The notes: a model not told the origin generated them from the letters alone. Positions 25,940-37,997 are shown, numbered from the stretch's first letter. The stretch: 64,000 nt of DNA from Squalus acanthias (GCA_030390025.1 CM059432.1:98334001-98398000), one strand, 5' to 3'. Numbers and translations: made by a program.

Positions 25940-27558
25940 TGTAAGGGGTTCACGTGGCTCTGTGCTTAGCCTGGGTGCTAGTGCGGGGTTAGGCCTTGTT
26001 GCCTGTTCTAGTCTCCAGCCAGCCTGGTAACACTAGACACCTGTGAGTGGTTCGACCCACTCGCCCTTACGGTTCTGACACTGGACTTAGGTGCGAGAGC
26101 AATAATGCAGAGAAAAACTCAGGTAGACCCGGTTGAATAGTGCGAAATGGAAAATCTTTATTGCATATTATTCAAGATTACGAAATACATGTCATAAGCA
26201 CAGATTAATGACAGTACAAACTTACATACATTTATGCAACTAGGTTTAGGGAAACGAGGAGCGCACGACACATCGAAAAAGGGGACACACATTATAATTA
26301 TCCTTAAAACATAAACCCTCCCCTATCAATACCTGTCCTAATCTAGATCTGTAGGACCGAGACTCATGCTCACCACTCGGGACAATTCGGAGAATTCCGA
26401 AACTCTGCTCGGATGTTTTCACCCCACACCTGACTATCCACGTGTTGATCAGGGGTCTCTGTACCCCACTTGTTTACTCGCTTCTGCTCCGGCTAGCAGG
26501 CTGGACCATCTGCTGTCATGAAGATCTGTGTTGACCTCGGACTCCAGATACAGTTCGAAGAAGAGTCTTACTGTGCCCGACACCAGTTGTCGGTAGAACT
26601 CGAAGAATAGTCTTCTCGGGCCAGTTGTGGAGTAGCCTATAGAATTCGAAAATGGTCCTTATATTTTGAGGTGCGGTCGGGGTTTACTGACCGCGGCGGC
26701 ACGTGTGGTCGTCTTCTTCTCTTCTCATCTCATCTCATCTCATCTCCTCTCGAGCCTTCGGATCCGACACCGTTTACCGACTTCTCGGGATGGTGCGCCC
26801 GCTTACTGGCCTTCGCAGTCCAGTTCTCCACAGAGCTTTGCGGCAAGCCACGAGGTTGACTCCCGGAAAATCAGCGGATCAGAGAATGAGAGTCCAGAGC
26901 TCCAGTCGGTGGTAAAGAATAAGAGAAAGATGGACGTTTGGTCACTACAGTTATAGTACTATAATTCCTTATCTCCCGCCAAATCTTTAATGTTCATCTT
27001 TTGTCATGTTTTGGCGCTCAAACTTCTTGTATGGGGTGGTACTTGTCGTTAATGGGTTACGGTGACACTTGTAACTGTTTGAGTACCCGTTAATATTTCT
27101 CCCATTGTGGAACCGGCTAGTAGTCTCCCTGGAGGGGTTTTGGGGGCTTCCAAATGCTTGCTGTGAGTACCCGTGAACGGCTCTCTCATCGTAGAGCCGT
27201 GGGGATTTTGCATATCAATGTCTTTGGATGGGTCCTTGATCGCCCAGTACAATAGCCCTCGTTTGTACCTGGAAGACCGATTCCAGTATTTATGTTTAAA
27301 ATGCAAACCCATCGCGTCTTGTCATTATCTCAAATGTGCTGAGTCCTGTCCGATCTTGCTGAAATGTTTATTGAAACGCCATCTTGTCTGCCTACTGAAA
27401 GTCTAGAACCTTCTGCCACGTGGCGTGGCGGCCATTTTACAGGCTGCTTGTGTCCTTTTTGAAACATGACAGCATTTTGCTGAAATAAAGCTGTTTATAC
27501 GAAACTTTATGTCTCCTTCTTATTATTATAAAATCGCGATAATTTTGCGAATTCTACA
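25940..27558 (-). mobile_element. Long solo LTR (1619 bp)
   Basis: TGTAAG...TCTACA termini with perfect 4-bp TSD CAGA (25936-39 and 27559-62); minus-strand AATAAA ~26157; TATA-like ~26950; CpG-rich. Confidence 0.82.
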
Positions 27559-27849
27559 CAGAGATATCGGGAATATTTCGTTCTACTACATTTACTTTAT
27601 TAAAAATCACATGCATATGGTGCAAAAGCAGGAACATCGAAATACCTATTTATTCTCTTATGATAAAGATTTTATAACTCACTCAAGACATTAACACTCA
27701 TGAGCTATCAAGTGAGTCTCACTCAAAGTTCTGCTGTTTATCCTCTACACAAGTCATCATTTTCAGGACAAACTAATCCATTTGCCAGTTGTCTATGATT
27801 TTTCAGTAAGCTGTCTTTTTAAACATTTGAACATGAGGACAAAGGTTTT

Positions 27850-28010
27850 CTAATGAATCTTTTGGTCTATGAGAAACCAGTGGAGCTCGGTAAGGATGGA
27901 ATACTGGGAGTGTCGGCAATGTGCGAGCAAGGTGTAGTTCACAGGGTGCTGGATAAGTTGTAATTTGTGACTGGATTCCCAAAGGTTACAGAAGCAATTG
28001 ACAGAACTCA
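27850..28010 (-). mobile_element. Old L2-type LINE fragment
   Basis: rc encodes KLQLIQH...ILTELHWFLIDQKI, matching the L2 ORF2 C-terminal motif also seen at 34805-35160. Confidence 0.55.
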
Positions 28011-28932
28011 TGTACCACTCAGAGCTCACTATGAAAACCCCCTCCATTCTATGAACAAAAGGGGCTTTCATTTAACAGTGTGCCGTAGATTGAAGTGATC
28101 TTGAAGTGTAGCAGACACAGACCATTCAAAATCATTTCTCTATCCACCAAAACACTTTGATCCATGTTATGTTTTGGTAATGAGTTTTCTCCATGAAGAG
28201 CATCTGCACCTGCTCTCAACCACGGGAGACGATTTTCATCCCTGTTTTCGGCTGGGTATGGGTGGTGCCCTGCTGAAAGTGGGAGTGCACAAGTCATGCC
28301 CCGTTCTTGCTGAGGTCCGGGACAAGCCATTTTGGGGGCCTTGAATTTGATAACACAGCCTCCTGCCGGTAACAGGTGGGAGCTCCATTATCCAATGCAA
28401 ATCAGGGTCGTGTGATGCCATTAGGATCCCAATGCAATTTTATAGTATCAATGGGCCAAGTGCGTTCTGCGTGCACTCTGCCTAGTGGCGCTGGACATAT
28501 TGTAGCCTTGTTCTTAAAGGGACTGCTGCCAGTCGCTCCAAAAACTTTAAAAAATAGTTTTAAATGACTTATATGGGGCCAGGAGGATTATTAATGCTCC
28601 TTCTGGCCCCACAACAATCGTCCTCCATTCCTGCCACTTACCTGTCCTGGCTCAGCTACTCGAAAGAGCCACCAAATTCCACACCCTCCCCGATCGACGA
28701 GCAGCTCAGATATGGGATCAAATGTGGCCAAACCATGAAACTGGTGCTGGCCTCCCGCCCGATGGACGAGCCTCTCCTCCCCCGCCAGTGTCCGGACAAG
28801 CTCAGTTTCTTAGCGTACCTAATAGCTTTTCATCCTCTATCTTCAGGACACTGCTGAAGTGGGTAAAGTACGGGCAGCATGCTAGCAGGCAATGCCCTCT
28901 TACCTTCATATTCTCCTTACACTGACAATGTA

Positions 28933-29174
28933 AAGGGATCGTTCGGCCTGATTGCCTGCCTCTCTTCCGCGGCCACGTTCGCGCCCGGGTGGCCCTGGAG
29001 ATGGAGCACGCGGTGTCCGCCGGCACACTTGAGGCCTTCCGCGACTGGTGGGCGCCGCGGGGACTGGAGTGCATCATCACCCCAGCCAACCAAATTTTAA
29101 TTTAATTTGTTAAGTTTTATTTAAAGTTTTATTAAGTTACAGACAATTTGTTTAATCACCCAAAATCAAAAGAG
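28933..29174 (+). mobile_element. Tx1-clade non-LTR retrotransposon 3' end
   Basis: Encodes PDCLPLFRGHVRARVALEMEHAVSAGTLEAFRDWWAP...ILI*; CpG-rich; flanked by a perfect 15-bp TSD TACACTGACAATGTA (28918-32 and 29175-89). Confidence 0.8.
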
Positions 29175-29796
29175 TACACTGACAATGTATTTTTTCTATA
29201 ATGGTACAACATAGGATATCATTGGAATAAGTTCCAGCATGGAAGCAAAAGCTTGTAACATATAATAAGAATATGCTGTCTGAGATAGGAAAGTACCAGC
29301 AAAGTTAAAGTAGGCTTTACGCTAATACTGTGGAAAGTCAATATTTCATAGTACAAGAAAAAAATAGAAATTAATACGTGTTTCTGGTATTAATGATGAT
29401 GAAATGTACAATTCAAGCAAATATTGTTACAGGTGCAGAGACAAGATTTAGTATAAAGATGATATTTTTTTTATAAAGGACTACCTCCTTACCTACTGGA
29501 GCTTCACCTGAGTATATAGAAACCATGACACTTATTATATTTGTCTGGACTTTCTTAATGTGTTGAATATTGAACATAGCAAGATTGCTTGTTAAAAAAC
29601 AATTGTGCTACGATAATGGTTAAGGATACCGAAAAGAGATTGAAGACTTCAGTCACAATTTGTGACCAGTGAAATGAACGTAGAAATTATTAAAGTCTTA
29701 CAAATACAAGTTGAATTTTCAAAAAACTGATGCCAGCACTAACATCAGCAAATCATCTTTGCACTATTACTAACTGGGCCCAAAATTAGAATCATA

Positions 29797-30689
29797 GGGG
29801 TAGAAATTAGGTCGCGCCCCATTTGGGGCGCAAATATCGTCCGGACGCAAATATTAGCGCCTGGCGCTAATTATCGGCACTGACGGGAAACTTCACTTTT
29901 ACCGCCCCGGGAGGTGAGTGGAGCGCTAAAGCAAGCGCTGCACACCTCTCTTAAGGCGCAAAGGCCGAGCAGTGAGGCGCTAACTCGGAGCGCTGGCGAA
30001 GCTCATGTAATGTCAGTCAGCAATGGAACACACACACAATGGCACGGGCCAGTTCTTAAAGGGGATGGTTAATCTTGCTTTCCATCCACATCCTGTTCAT
30101 TGCTGCCTTGAATCTCGGCCTGGAGAGACTTGCACATCAAATGTGCTGGAAAGAACAATGGAGAGCACCAGGCAAAGAGCTCAGAGTGCAGCTCCCACGG
30201 TCTCTGCTAAATCGATACAAGGAATGGCAAATCAAAATGAACCTGCAAAGTGCTGCTCAGTACCCAAAACTCCTTCACACAACGTTGAATCTCTCCAGAA
30301 GTCTCTCCCTCTCTCTCTCAGAATGCATAGTTCAAAAATGCCACCAACAATAAAAGACAGGAAGAGGCCCCCTTTAAATAGCGCCCCCCCCAGCCCCACA
30401 GCGATTGATAGCGTTCCAGTCTTCTGGTCGTTGGAAGCGCCAGGCGGTAAGGCAGGGGGCGCCACTCAATTTCCGCTACGGGGCGCCCCAAGGGCGTTGC
30501 ACCATGGAATGACGTCACAATCTGCGCGCACAGGTGGTCGCAGCGGTAAGTTTTAGCGCCGCTGCACAATCTCAAGTTAAGTTCTCGAGCGGCGCAAACA
30601 TCGCTGCGCCCGGGCGTTAGCGGCTTTGCGCCCCATTAGCGCCCTCTTAAGGCGCTAACGGGTGGCGCAACCAAGTGAATTTTTACCCC
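29797..30689. mobile_element. Harbinger-type MITE (family Y)
   Basis: TIRs GGGGTAGAAATT and (rc) GGGGTAAAAATT, TSD ATA; inserted in the (ATTCTATG)n tail of a CR1; paralog at 47373-48246. Confidence 0.9.
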
Positions 30690-31290
30690 ATAGAATCATA
30701 GAATGGTTACAGCACAGAAGAAGGCCATTCGGCCCATCGAGCCCGTGCCGGCTCTCTGCAAGAGCACTTCAGTTAGTCCGACTCCCCCGCCCTTTCCCCG
30801 TAGCCCTGCACATTTTTTTCTTCAGGTACTTATCTAATTCTCTTTTGAAAGCCGCAGTTCAATGTGCCTCCACCACCCTCTCAGCCAGTGCATTCCAGAT
30901 CCTAACCACTCACTGCGTAAAAAGTTTTTCCTCGCCTTTGGCAGAAGAACCAATCACATTAAATCTGTGTCCTCTGGTTCTCAACCCTTCCGCCAATGGG
31001 AACAGTTTCTCTCTATCTACTCTGTCTAGACCCTTCATGATTTTGAACACCTCTATCAAATCTCCTCTCAACCTTCTCTGCTCTAAGGAGAACAACCCCA
31101 GCTTCTCCAGTCTATCCACGTAACTGAAGTCACTCATCCCTGGAACCATTCTTGTAAATCTTTTCTGCACCCTCTCTAAGGTCTTCACAGCCTTCCTAAA
31201 GTGCGGTTCCCAGAATTGGACACAATACTCCAGTTGAGGCCAAACCAGTGTTTTATAAAGGTTCATCATAATTTCCTCGCTTTTGTACTC
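30690..31290 (-). mobile_element. CR1 3' fragment (continues briefly at 33461-33481)
   Basis: rc EYKSEEIMMNLYKTLVWPQLEYCVQFW...RGHRF and CR1 tail; interrupted by a Harbinger at 31294. Confidence 0.9.
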
Positions 31291-31293
31291 TGT

Positions 31294-33460
31294 GGCTCGA
31301 TTTTGCCAGGCCCGAGGAGGCGGGTTTGGAGGCGTGTGAGGTGTTAAAAGCGCAAAAAATGGCGGGCGGATCCGATCCCGCCTCCATCGTGCCTCTGAGC
31401 AATTTTCCCACATTTGTGGTTTCAGACCCCGTTTCCATCCCGATTCCAAGAGGCGGGATAGGCCTTTAATGCCCTTAACAACCAGTGAATTGCCTCTATA
31501 ATCCCATTTTGAGAGGCCTTTCTGAATTTAAGACATTTCCCCCGTGCTGCACATCTCCTCTGGAACACGCCAGTTAATCCTGGCGGCCTCACAAGTGGAT
31601 GGCTTACTAACAGCTGCAGCTCCACCATTAAAAAGGAGTTTTCACCAATGATCGTTTGCAGCTGGCAGAACTTTGTTGTCTCAGGTCTGGGGGAACTTTT
31701 AGCAGGCCTACTCATTGTTGTGGAAGTTTGGAGCCTGACACCCATCTCCAGTGTGACCTCCTGGGAAACCCCTTTCCCCACCTTGACTGAGCACTTCCTC
31801 AACCTATCCTTTCCACGGAGGTTGCCATCCTTTCTGCGGTGATGCGTTCATGCGCCAATGCCTCCACAAAGGCTCTGCTCATGTTCGTGATGGACTCCTC
31901 CATTCGCTCCACACTCGCAGCGACCCTGGAGACAAAACCTGCCAGAGACTCCTGCACCTGTTCCTGGAGTTCCAGCACTGCTCTCCTTCTGGATGGACCT
32001 GGAGGCACAGGGTCCACATGCAGCTGAGCTGAGCTGGCAGAGTCCTGCGCCCTCCGACGAGGACTCTCCACTGCTGTCCCTGTCTCCACCATCTGCTGAT
32101 GCTCACAGGTGACAACACTACTCTATCTCGCGAAGGTCCCACCGAGGTGTGAGTGTCTGCGCTGGTGCTGGGTGTGCTGAATTCTGCTGATGCTGCACCC
32201 TCAGAGGTTGCAGCTTCCTCTGAGGAGTCTGGAAGCTCAGGCTGTTCCTCCTGGACAGTGGGGACGGGGGCTCTCGATGGTCCTGTGGGGGAGTAAAGGA
32301 AAGTGTTAGAGATGTGAGATAAAGGTTGCATGCACATTGAATTGTGCAGATGATCATAAGTCAATCTGTTAGAGCATCAGAATCATTATCAGTCACTCAT
32401 GCTATGTCAATGAGAGAGATGCAAAACTATTCTGTCAGCAGCTTGCTGTGATGTGCCCGTCTGTCCGTCCCCCACTTGCACATCCTCCTCCACTCCCACG
32501 ATTTCCAGGACCGCCTCTTCTGCATTGGTGAGCTGGGCTATTGAGGGTGGCCCTCCTCCGGTCTTCGCCCTTTCCCTCTTATTGTGGGCTCTCTTTTCCT
32601 GCAATGAGGGACACAAGTGGAGTTTGAGTGAGAATGACAGAGTGAGTGTAGAGAATCCATAGCGTAGATGCTTAGAAGGAGACAAAGATGGAGTGAGGTG
32701 CCAAGACCAAGGGCCCTCCCTGTGTGTTGTAAGTTGTTGTCATTGCATCACAGTGATAGGGAGTGTGAGGGTTGCATAGTCGAATAGTTAAGTGAATGTG
32801 AACATAGAGACAGAGGGAATGGGTAAGGGTGCAGGGATGTAAGGGTGAAGTGGGATGTGGAGGAGGAGGTTGACAAGGCAGAGTGCTGGTGATGAGAGGC
32901 AATGGGGATCAGATTGAGGGTGATGGGAATGTAATACTCACTTTTCCTGTGCAGAGAAGGTCATGAAACCTCTTCCTGCACTGCAGCCAGGTTCTGCTGC
33001 ACATTGAAATAACATTGACCTCCTGGGCCACTTGCAGCCACACAGCTTTAGTCTTTTGTGGAGGCTTTTTCCTGCCTGAGGAAGGAAAGAGCACCTCCTT
33101 GTTTGCTCTTGCTCCCTCCACCAGAGCTTGGAGGGAGGCCTCATCGAATCTAGGTGCACACTTTGGTCTAGTGCTGGACATACTCGCAGAAGGAATCCCT
33201 CAGAAGAATGGTCATAAAGATGTAAGGCTGAAAAAGAAGCAAGGCTGCTTGCAGGCCTTAAATCCAGCTGCATAGATGACGTCATTGGAGGCGAGTTTCT
33301 GTATGAAAAGACTCATTGGGCCAGGGGTTTCCACACGCTGGAAATCAAGTGCCCAATTCGGGGAAAATCGGCCAATTGTCACGAATCACATCGGATGTGG
33401 GGTCGGGAACCGCCGACCACCTGACACACACCCAGCCCACCCCATTGGCAAAATCCAGCC
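31294..33460. mobile_element. Internally deleted Harbinger, sister of 54654-58902 in opposite orientation
   Basis: TIRs GGCTCGATTTTGCC and (rc) GGCTGGATTTTGCC. Myb exons on - (32909-33181, 32407-32685, 31799-32364). Transposase CDS deleted at the ~31805 junction. Confidence 0.9.
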
Positions 33461-33577
33461 TATGCCTCTATTTATGAAGCCGTTAATACAGAGAGACATT
33501 AATGAATTACTTTTAAATAATATCTATGTGTATCAGCACCTGTTTGTCTGTGTCTGTAACTCTATCTGTATATCTAT

Positions 33578-33772
33578 GGGGGTGACATTCAACTTTGGCG
33601 GGACAGGGCGAGGGGCAACAGGGACGGTAGTGGATAGGACACCTGTTATACACCCCGCCCAATTGTCCTTTTGAGTGACATCAATGGAAATGAAAATTGG
33701 GCGGGCTGTATAACAAGCGGCCGATCTGTTACTGCCCATTTTGCACCACCCCCGAAGTTGAATTTTACTCCC
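33578..33772. mobile_element. Small fold-back Harbinger-type MITE
   Basis: Termini GGGGGTGACATTCAACTT and (rc) GGGAGTAAAATTCAACTT, TSD TAT; the body is an imperfect palindrome centred on 'tgacatcaatgg'. Confidence 0.8.
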
Positions 33773-34804
33773 TATGTCTCTGTTGTGCCCGTCTGTGTGT
33801 GTGTGATGTTCAGTATGGTACTGTCACATGGCCACTAACAGACGAAGATAAGCACCTGCGGGGCTTCATTGGAAAATGTGATTTATGTCTGTGCCCAGCT
33901 CCCTAAGTTATGAATTTGCGCTGTGAGCAGCTGGATTGGTGACCTATATGCTGCTGCCACCATTTAAGTGGCTTGCTGGCTGCATCCCAAGTGTTGGATA
34001 CTTGTTATCGCAGGTGCAGCAGGATTGTGTCAGTATGTGCAGTAATAATGGTTAGGTGGAAAGCATAATAATTTTATTGCTGACAGTCTAAAAGTAGGCT
34101 ACTGAGGTTTTGAGTGTATCAACCTGCCCACAAAATGGAAGACTTTCAACTTTCACAAAAGTTGCTTGCCATAAACATTTTTAGTAAAGGATAAAAAATT
34201 TGATGTTAGGGTTATTTTTTGTTATATTTTGCTCTGTGTGTACTGATTAATTAATAAGTAGCTGTAAGTAAACAGGCGAGCATTAATGACTGAAAGTGGT
34301 GTCAGAATTTCCGTCTGTTTATACCAAAATGCGAAAACATACTTAGTGCTTATTAAAAGCTAATAAAGCCATTTAAATGGCAAGCGAGAGAAACTCTTGC
34401 AGTGTTGCTCAGTGGGAACATACAAAGAATGATTTTCAATGTTTACAGTCAAACCCACCAGTTAGTTTTGCAAAGGAAGGGAAAAATGACAATGTTTTAA
34501 CAGAGGGCTGACAGAATTGAATAGTACAGCAGAGTTCTCTACACAGCAGGGGTGCAGCCACCGTTGGTTATTAAATAGTACAGGAGGAACTCAAGGGCAG
34601 CTTGAGGGTATAGTGGACACAGGATGTGCAGTACTCTGAGAATGAACTACCTGAAGCAACAAATCTCTGCATTAGGCTTGGGTATCTGGACCTATCAGAG
34701 GATCAGTGCATATAGGTGCTGAGGCTCAGATGGTTGACTGTCCCTCAATCTTCTGTTCTGCATTATTACTGGCTGTGAAGTTCACCACTGCCATAAATAT
34801 TTGC

Positions 34805-35490
34805 CCTGAAATGAGCTTCCGACCACATATCCGCAGCATAACAAAGACCGCCTACTTCCACCTCCGTAACATCGCCCATCTCCGCCCTTGCCTCAGCTCA
34901 TCCGCTGTTGAAACCCTCATCCATGCCTTTGTTACCTCTAGACTTGACTATTCCAACGCACTCCTCCCACATTCCACCCTACGTAAACTTGAGGTCATCC
35001 AAAACTCAGCTGCCCGTGTCCTAACTCGCACCAAGTCCCGTTCGCCCATCACCCCTATGCTCGCTGACCTACATTGGCTCCTGGTTAAGCAGCAGCCTCG
35101 ATTTCAAAATTCTTATCCTTGTTTTCAAATCCCTCCATGGCCTCGCCCCTCCCTATCTCTGTAATCTCCTTCAGCCCCACAACCCCGCTGAGATATCTGC
35201 GCTGCTCTAATTCTGCCCTCTTGAGCATCCCTGATTATAATCGCTCAACATTTGGTGGCCGTGCCTTCTGTTGCCTAAGCCCTGAGCTCTGGAATTCCCT
35301 GCCTAAACCTCTCCGCCTCGCTACCTCTCTCCTCCTTTAAGACGCTCCTTAAAATGTACCTCTTTGACCAAGCTTTTGGTCACTTGCCCTAATTTATCCT
35401 TATGTGGCTTGGTGTCAAATTTTTTGTCTTACAATACTCCTGTGCAGCGCCTTGGGATGTTTTACTATGTTAAAGGTGCTATACAAATAT
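34805..35490 (+). mobile_element. L2-type LINE 3' end
   Basis: HIRSITKTAYFHLRNIA...AFVTSRLDYSNALL...LADLHWL; 3'UTR 'gcagcgccttgggatgttttactatgttaaaggtgctatacaaat'. Confidence 0.9.
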
Positions 35491-35599
35491 AACATATGCT
35501 TCAGTAGGAATCACAAACAGCAGCAGGAGAGGTAGCTACTGTTTTACCACATTGGTCCCCTTATCATTAAACACTCCTGCAATCTTCTATATTCTTCCT

Positions 35600-36020
35600 C
35601 ACAGTTTACTGTGTTCCCTAATTTGGTATTGTCAGCAAACTACCTATGTCCAAATTGTTTATATAAATGGAAAACATAAGAGACCCCAGCACAGATCTGT
35701 CAGGCACACCACTAACCACATCCTACCAAACTGAAAAACATCAATTTTCCCATACTCTTTAATCCCCCAACCATTCCTCTGTGTGGCTACACGCCCTTTA
35801 ATACTATGTCCCCCAGTCTCTGTAGTAAGTTCCTTATCTGGCACCTTATCAAGTGCCCTGGGAAAATCCATAAATACGACATCAACCACATTCCTTTTAT
35901 TTAAACACTCTGTTATTTTCTCAAAAAATCAATTGGTCAAGCACAACATGCTCCTTATAAATACGTGCTAACTTCTTCTAATTAGCCCAATCTAAGTGTT
36001 CACTAGTTTCATCCTGTATT
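35600..36020 (-). mobile_element. Highly decayed CR1 RT fragment
   Basis: rc VDVVFMDFPRALDKVP and degenerate GVP/GSVLG and FADN motifs. Confidence 0.65.
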
Positions 36021-37497
36021 ATGGAAACTAGAGTCTCAATTTCCTAAGGCTCCACAGAAAACACGGAGACTCTCCGGTGGCTCGGATTAGAAAATCAGAC
36101 TCCCAACATCAAGCACCTGATTTGGGTCAGATCACATGTTACCCCAGGAGCAAAATGGGCGGGCAGTACATTATTGCCACGTGGTGGTTTCTGCTGCATG
36201 GAAGGCACAGTAGATGGGACTTATGGCCATTTCGGTGGCAACTGTCATTCCCTGAACTACCTGAGCTGAAAAGGTTCTGTTGATTAAATGTACAGCTGAT
36301 AAGTGACTAGCACCACACAATCCTGTGCAACCTCCCTCCCTGTGCCAGGCATTCTCAGATCAGATTGCACAATGTATTTCTTACTAATGCTCTTTTGCAG
36401 GTGACTAGTGGGATGCTACATACATGATAATTTTGCCCCCGCCCAGCTACTGCCATGCAACTTCCATTGCATGAAGAAATGTCTGTGTAAATACTCCATG
36501 CATACTTTACAGCTTATTTCCCTGAGGGTGCAGAAGATGAACATCCATAATGGGCCCATGCCTTGTTTCAATGAAGAGCACATATTTATACAAAGGTGTA
36601 TACTGTTACATTGCCACTTCTGATGCTGCTGAACTTATTGTGTGCCTGCTCCAAGATCCAGTGGTCCTGGGAGATTGGATTCACCTGCTCAGCGATCTCT
36701 ATCAATGCAGCTTGCACCTGAGATTTACAGGTGGGAAGGCTTCTGGACCAAACAGGGCCACCCCCCAATAACTTGTGACTGAAATTGAGTCTTTGGTGCT
36801 ATCCTTATCACACACATGATGCTACCAAATCTGTTGTTGCCTTTCGCAGAACAATTGCAAGAAACTTTCCTTTAAGGTCAAGTAGCAGCCCTGTAAGAGC
36901 TGCTGGCTGGCTCAATATTCTGACTTGTAGCCAGTCAGCTTCCAGATCTGATTCCCGACACACATTTTGCAAGCACAAGGAGTCTGTCCCAATGAAAGGG
37001 AGACACTTGCCTTGCATAATTCGGTGATGGCTGCCTGGATTTTAATGGACTTAGAAAAGTGGGTGGTCAATTTTAACTCCCCCACACCATGAAGAAACCA
37101 GGAGGGGTGCACCTAAAATAGAGCGAGGGACTTGCCCATTCCTTTTCAGCCCCGATCTGACCGACTGCGATTTTAAATTGCAGGCAGAAAGGAGTCACAC
37201 CCCAAGCCAGTGGGGTACTCTTTAAATATGCAGATCGGGCTCCATTGATGTCAATGGAGCCCAAATATTAAAAATCTGCTAATTTAACCAAAAGCCTGAA
37301 TGGGGAAGCAGAGATGGTCTCCATGCTAAATAAAATCTGCTGAGAACAGCAGCCAAAGTCAGAATAGGCACAGTAAAGTATGTTTTTTTTTCAATTTCCT
37401 TGTGGGCCATGAGTAGTAGGAAGGCCGCCCTGGTCCCCCCTCCCCTCCCCCCTCTCCTTCCGCCCTCCCCCCTCTCCTTCCCCCCTCCACCCCTCTC

Positions 37498-37997
37498 NNN
37501 NNNNNNNNNNNNNNNNNNNNNNNNNNNNNNNNNNNNNNNNNNNNNNNNNNNNNNNNNNNNNNNNNNNNNNNNNNNNNNNNNNNNNNNNNNNNNNNNNNNN
37601 NNNNNNNNNNNNNNNNNNNNNNNNNNNNNNNNNNNNNNNNNNNNNNNNNNNNNNNNNNNNNNNNNNNNNNNNNNNNNNNNNNNNNNNNNNNNNNNNNNNN
37701 NNNNNNNNNNNNNNNNNNNNNNNNNNNNNNNNNNNNNNNNNNNNNNNNNNNNNNNNNNNNNNNNNNNNNNNNNNNNNNNNNNNNNNNNNNNNNNNNNNNN
37801 NNNNNNNNNNNNNNNNNNNNNNNNNNNNNNNNNNNNNNNNNNNNNNNNNNNNNNNNNNNNNNNNNNNNNNNNNNNNNNNNNNNNNNNNNNNNNNNNNNNN
37901 NNNNNNNNNNNNNNNNNNNNNNNNNNNNNNNNNNNNNNNNNNNNNNNNNNNNNNNNNNNNNNNNNNNNNNNNNNNNNNNNNNNNNNNNNNNNNNNNN
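37498..37997. other. Assembly gap (500 N) flanked by C-rich low-complexity sequence
   Basis: Run of N; poly-pyrimidine and (CCT)n tracts on both sides. Confidence 0.99.

Noticed and set aside
36385..36430. Strong branch point and acceptor (tactaat...ttttgcag)
   Set aside because: Stops occur in all three frames within 30 nt and no supporting donor was found, so an exon cannot be supported.
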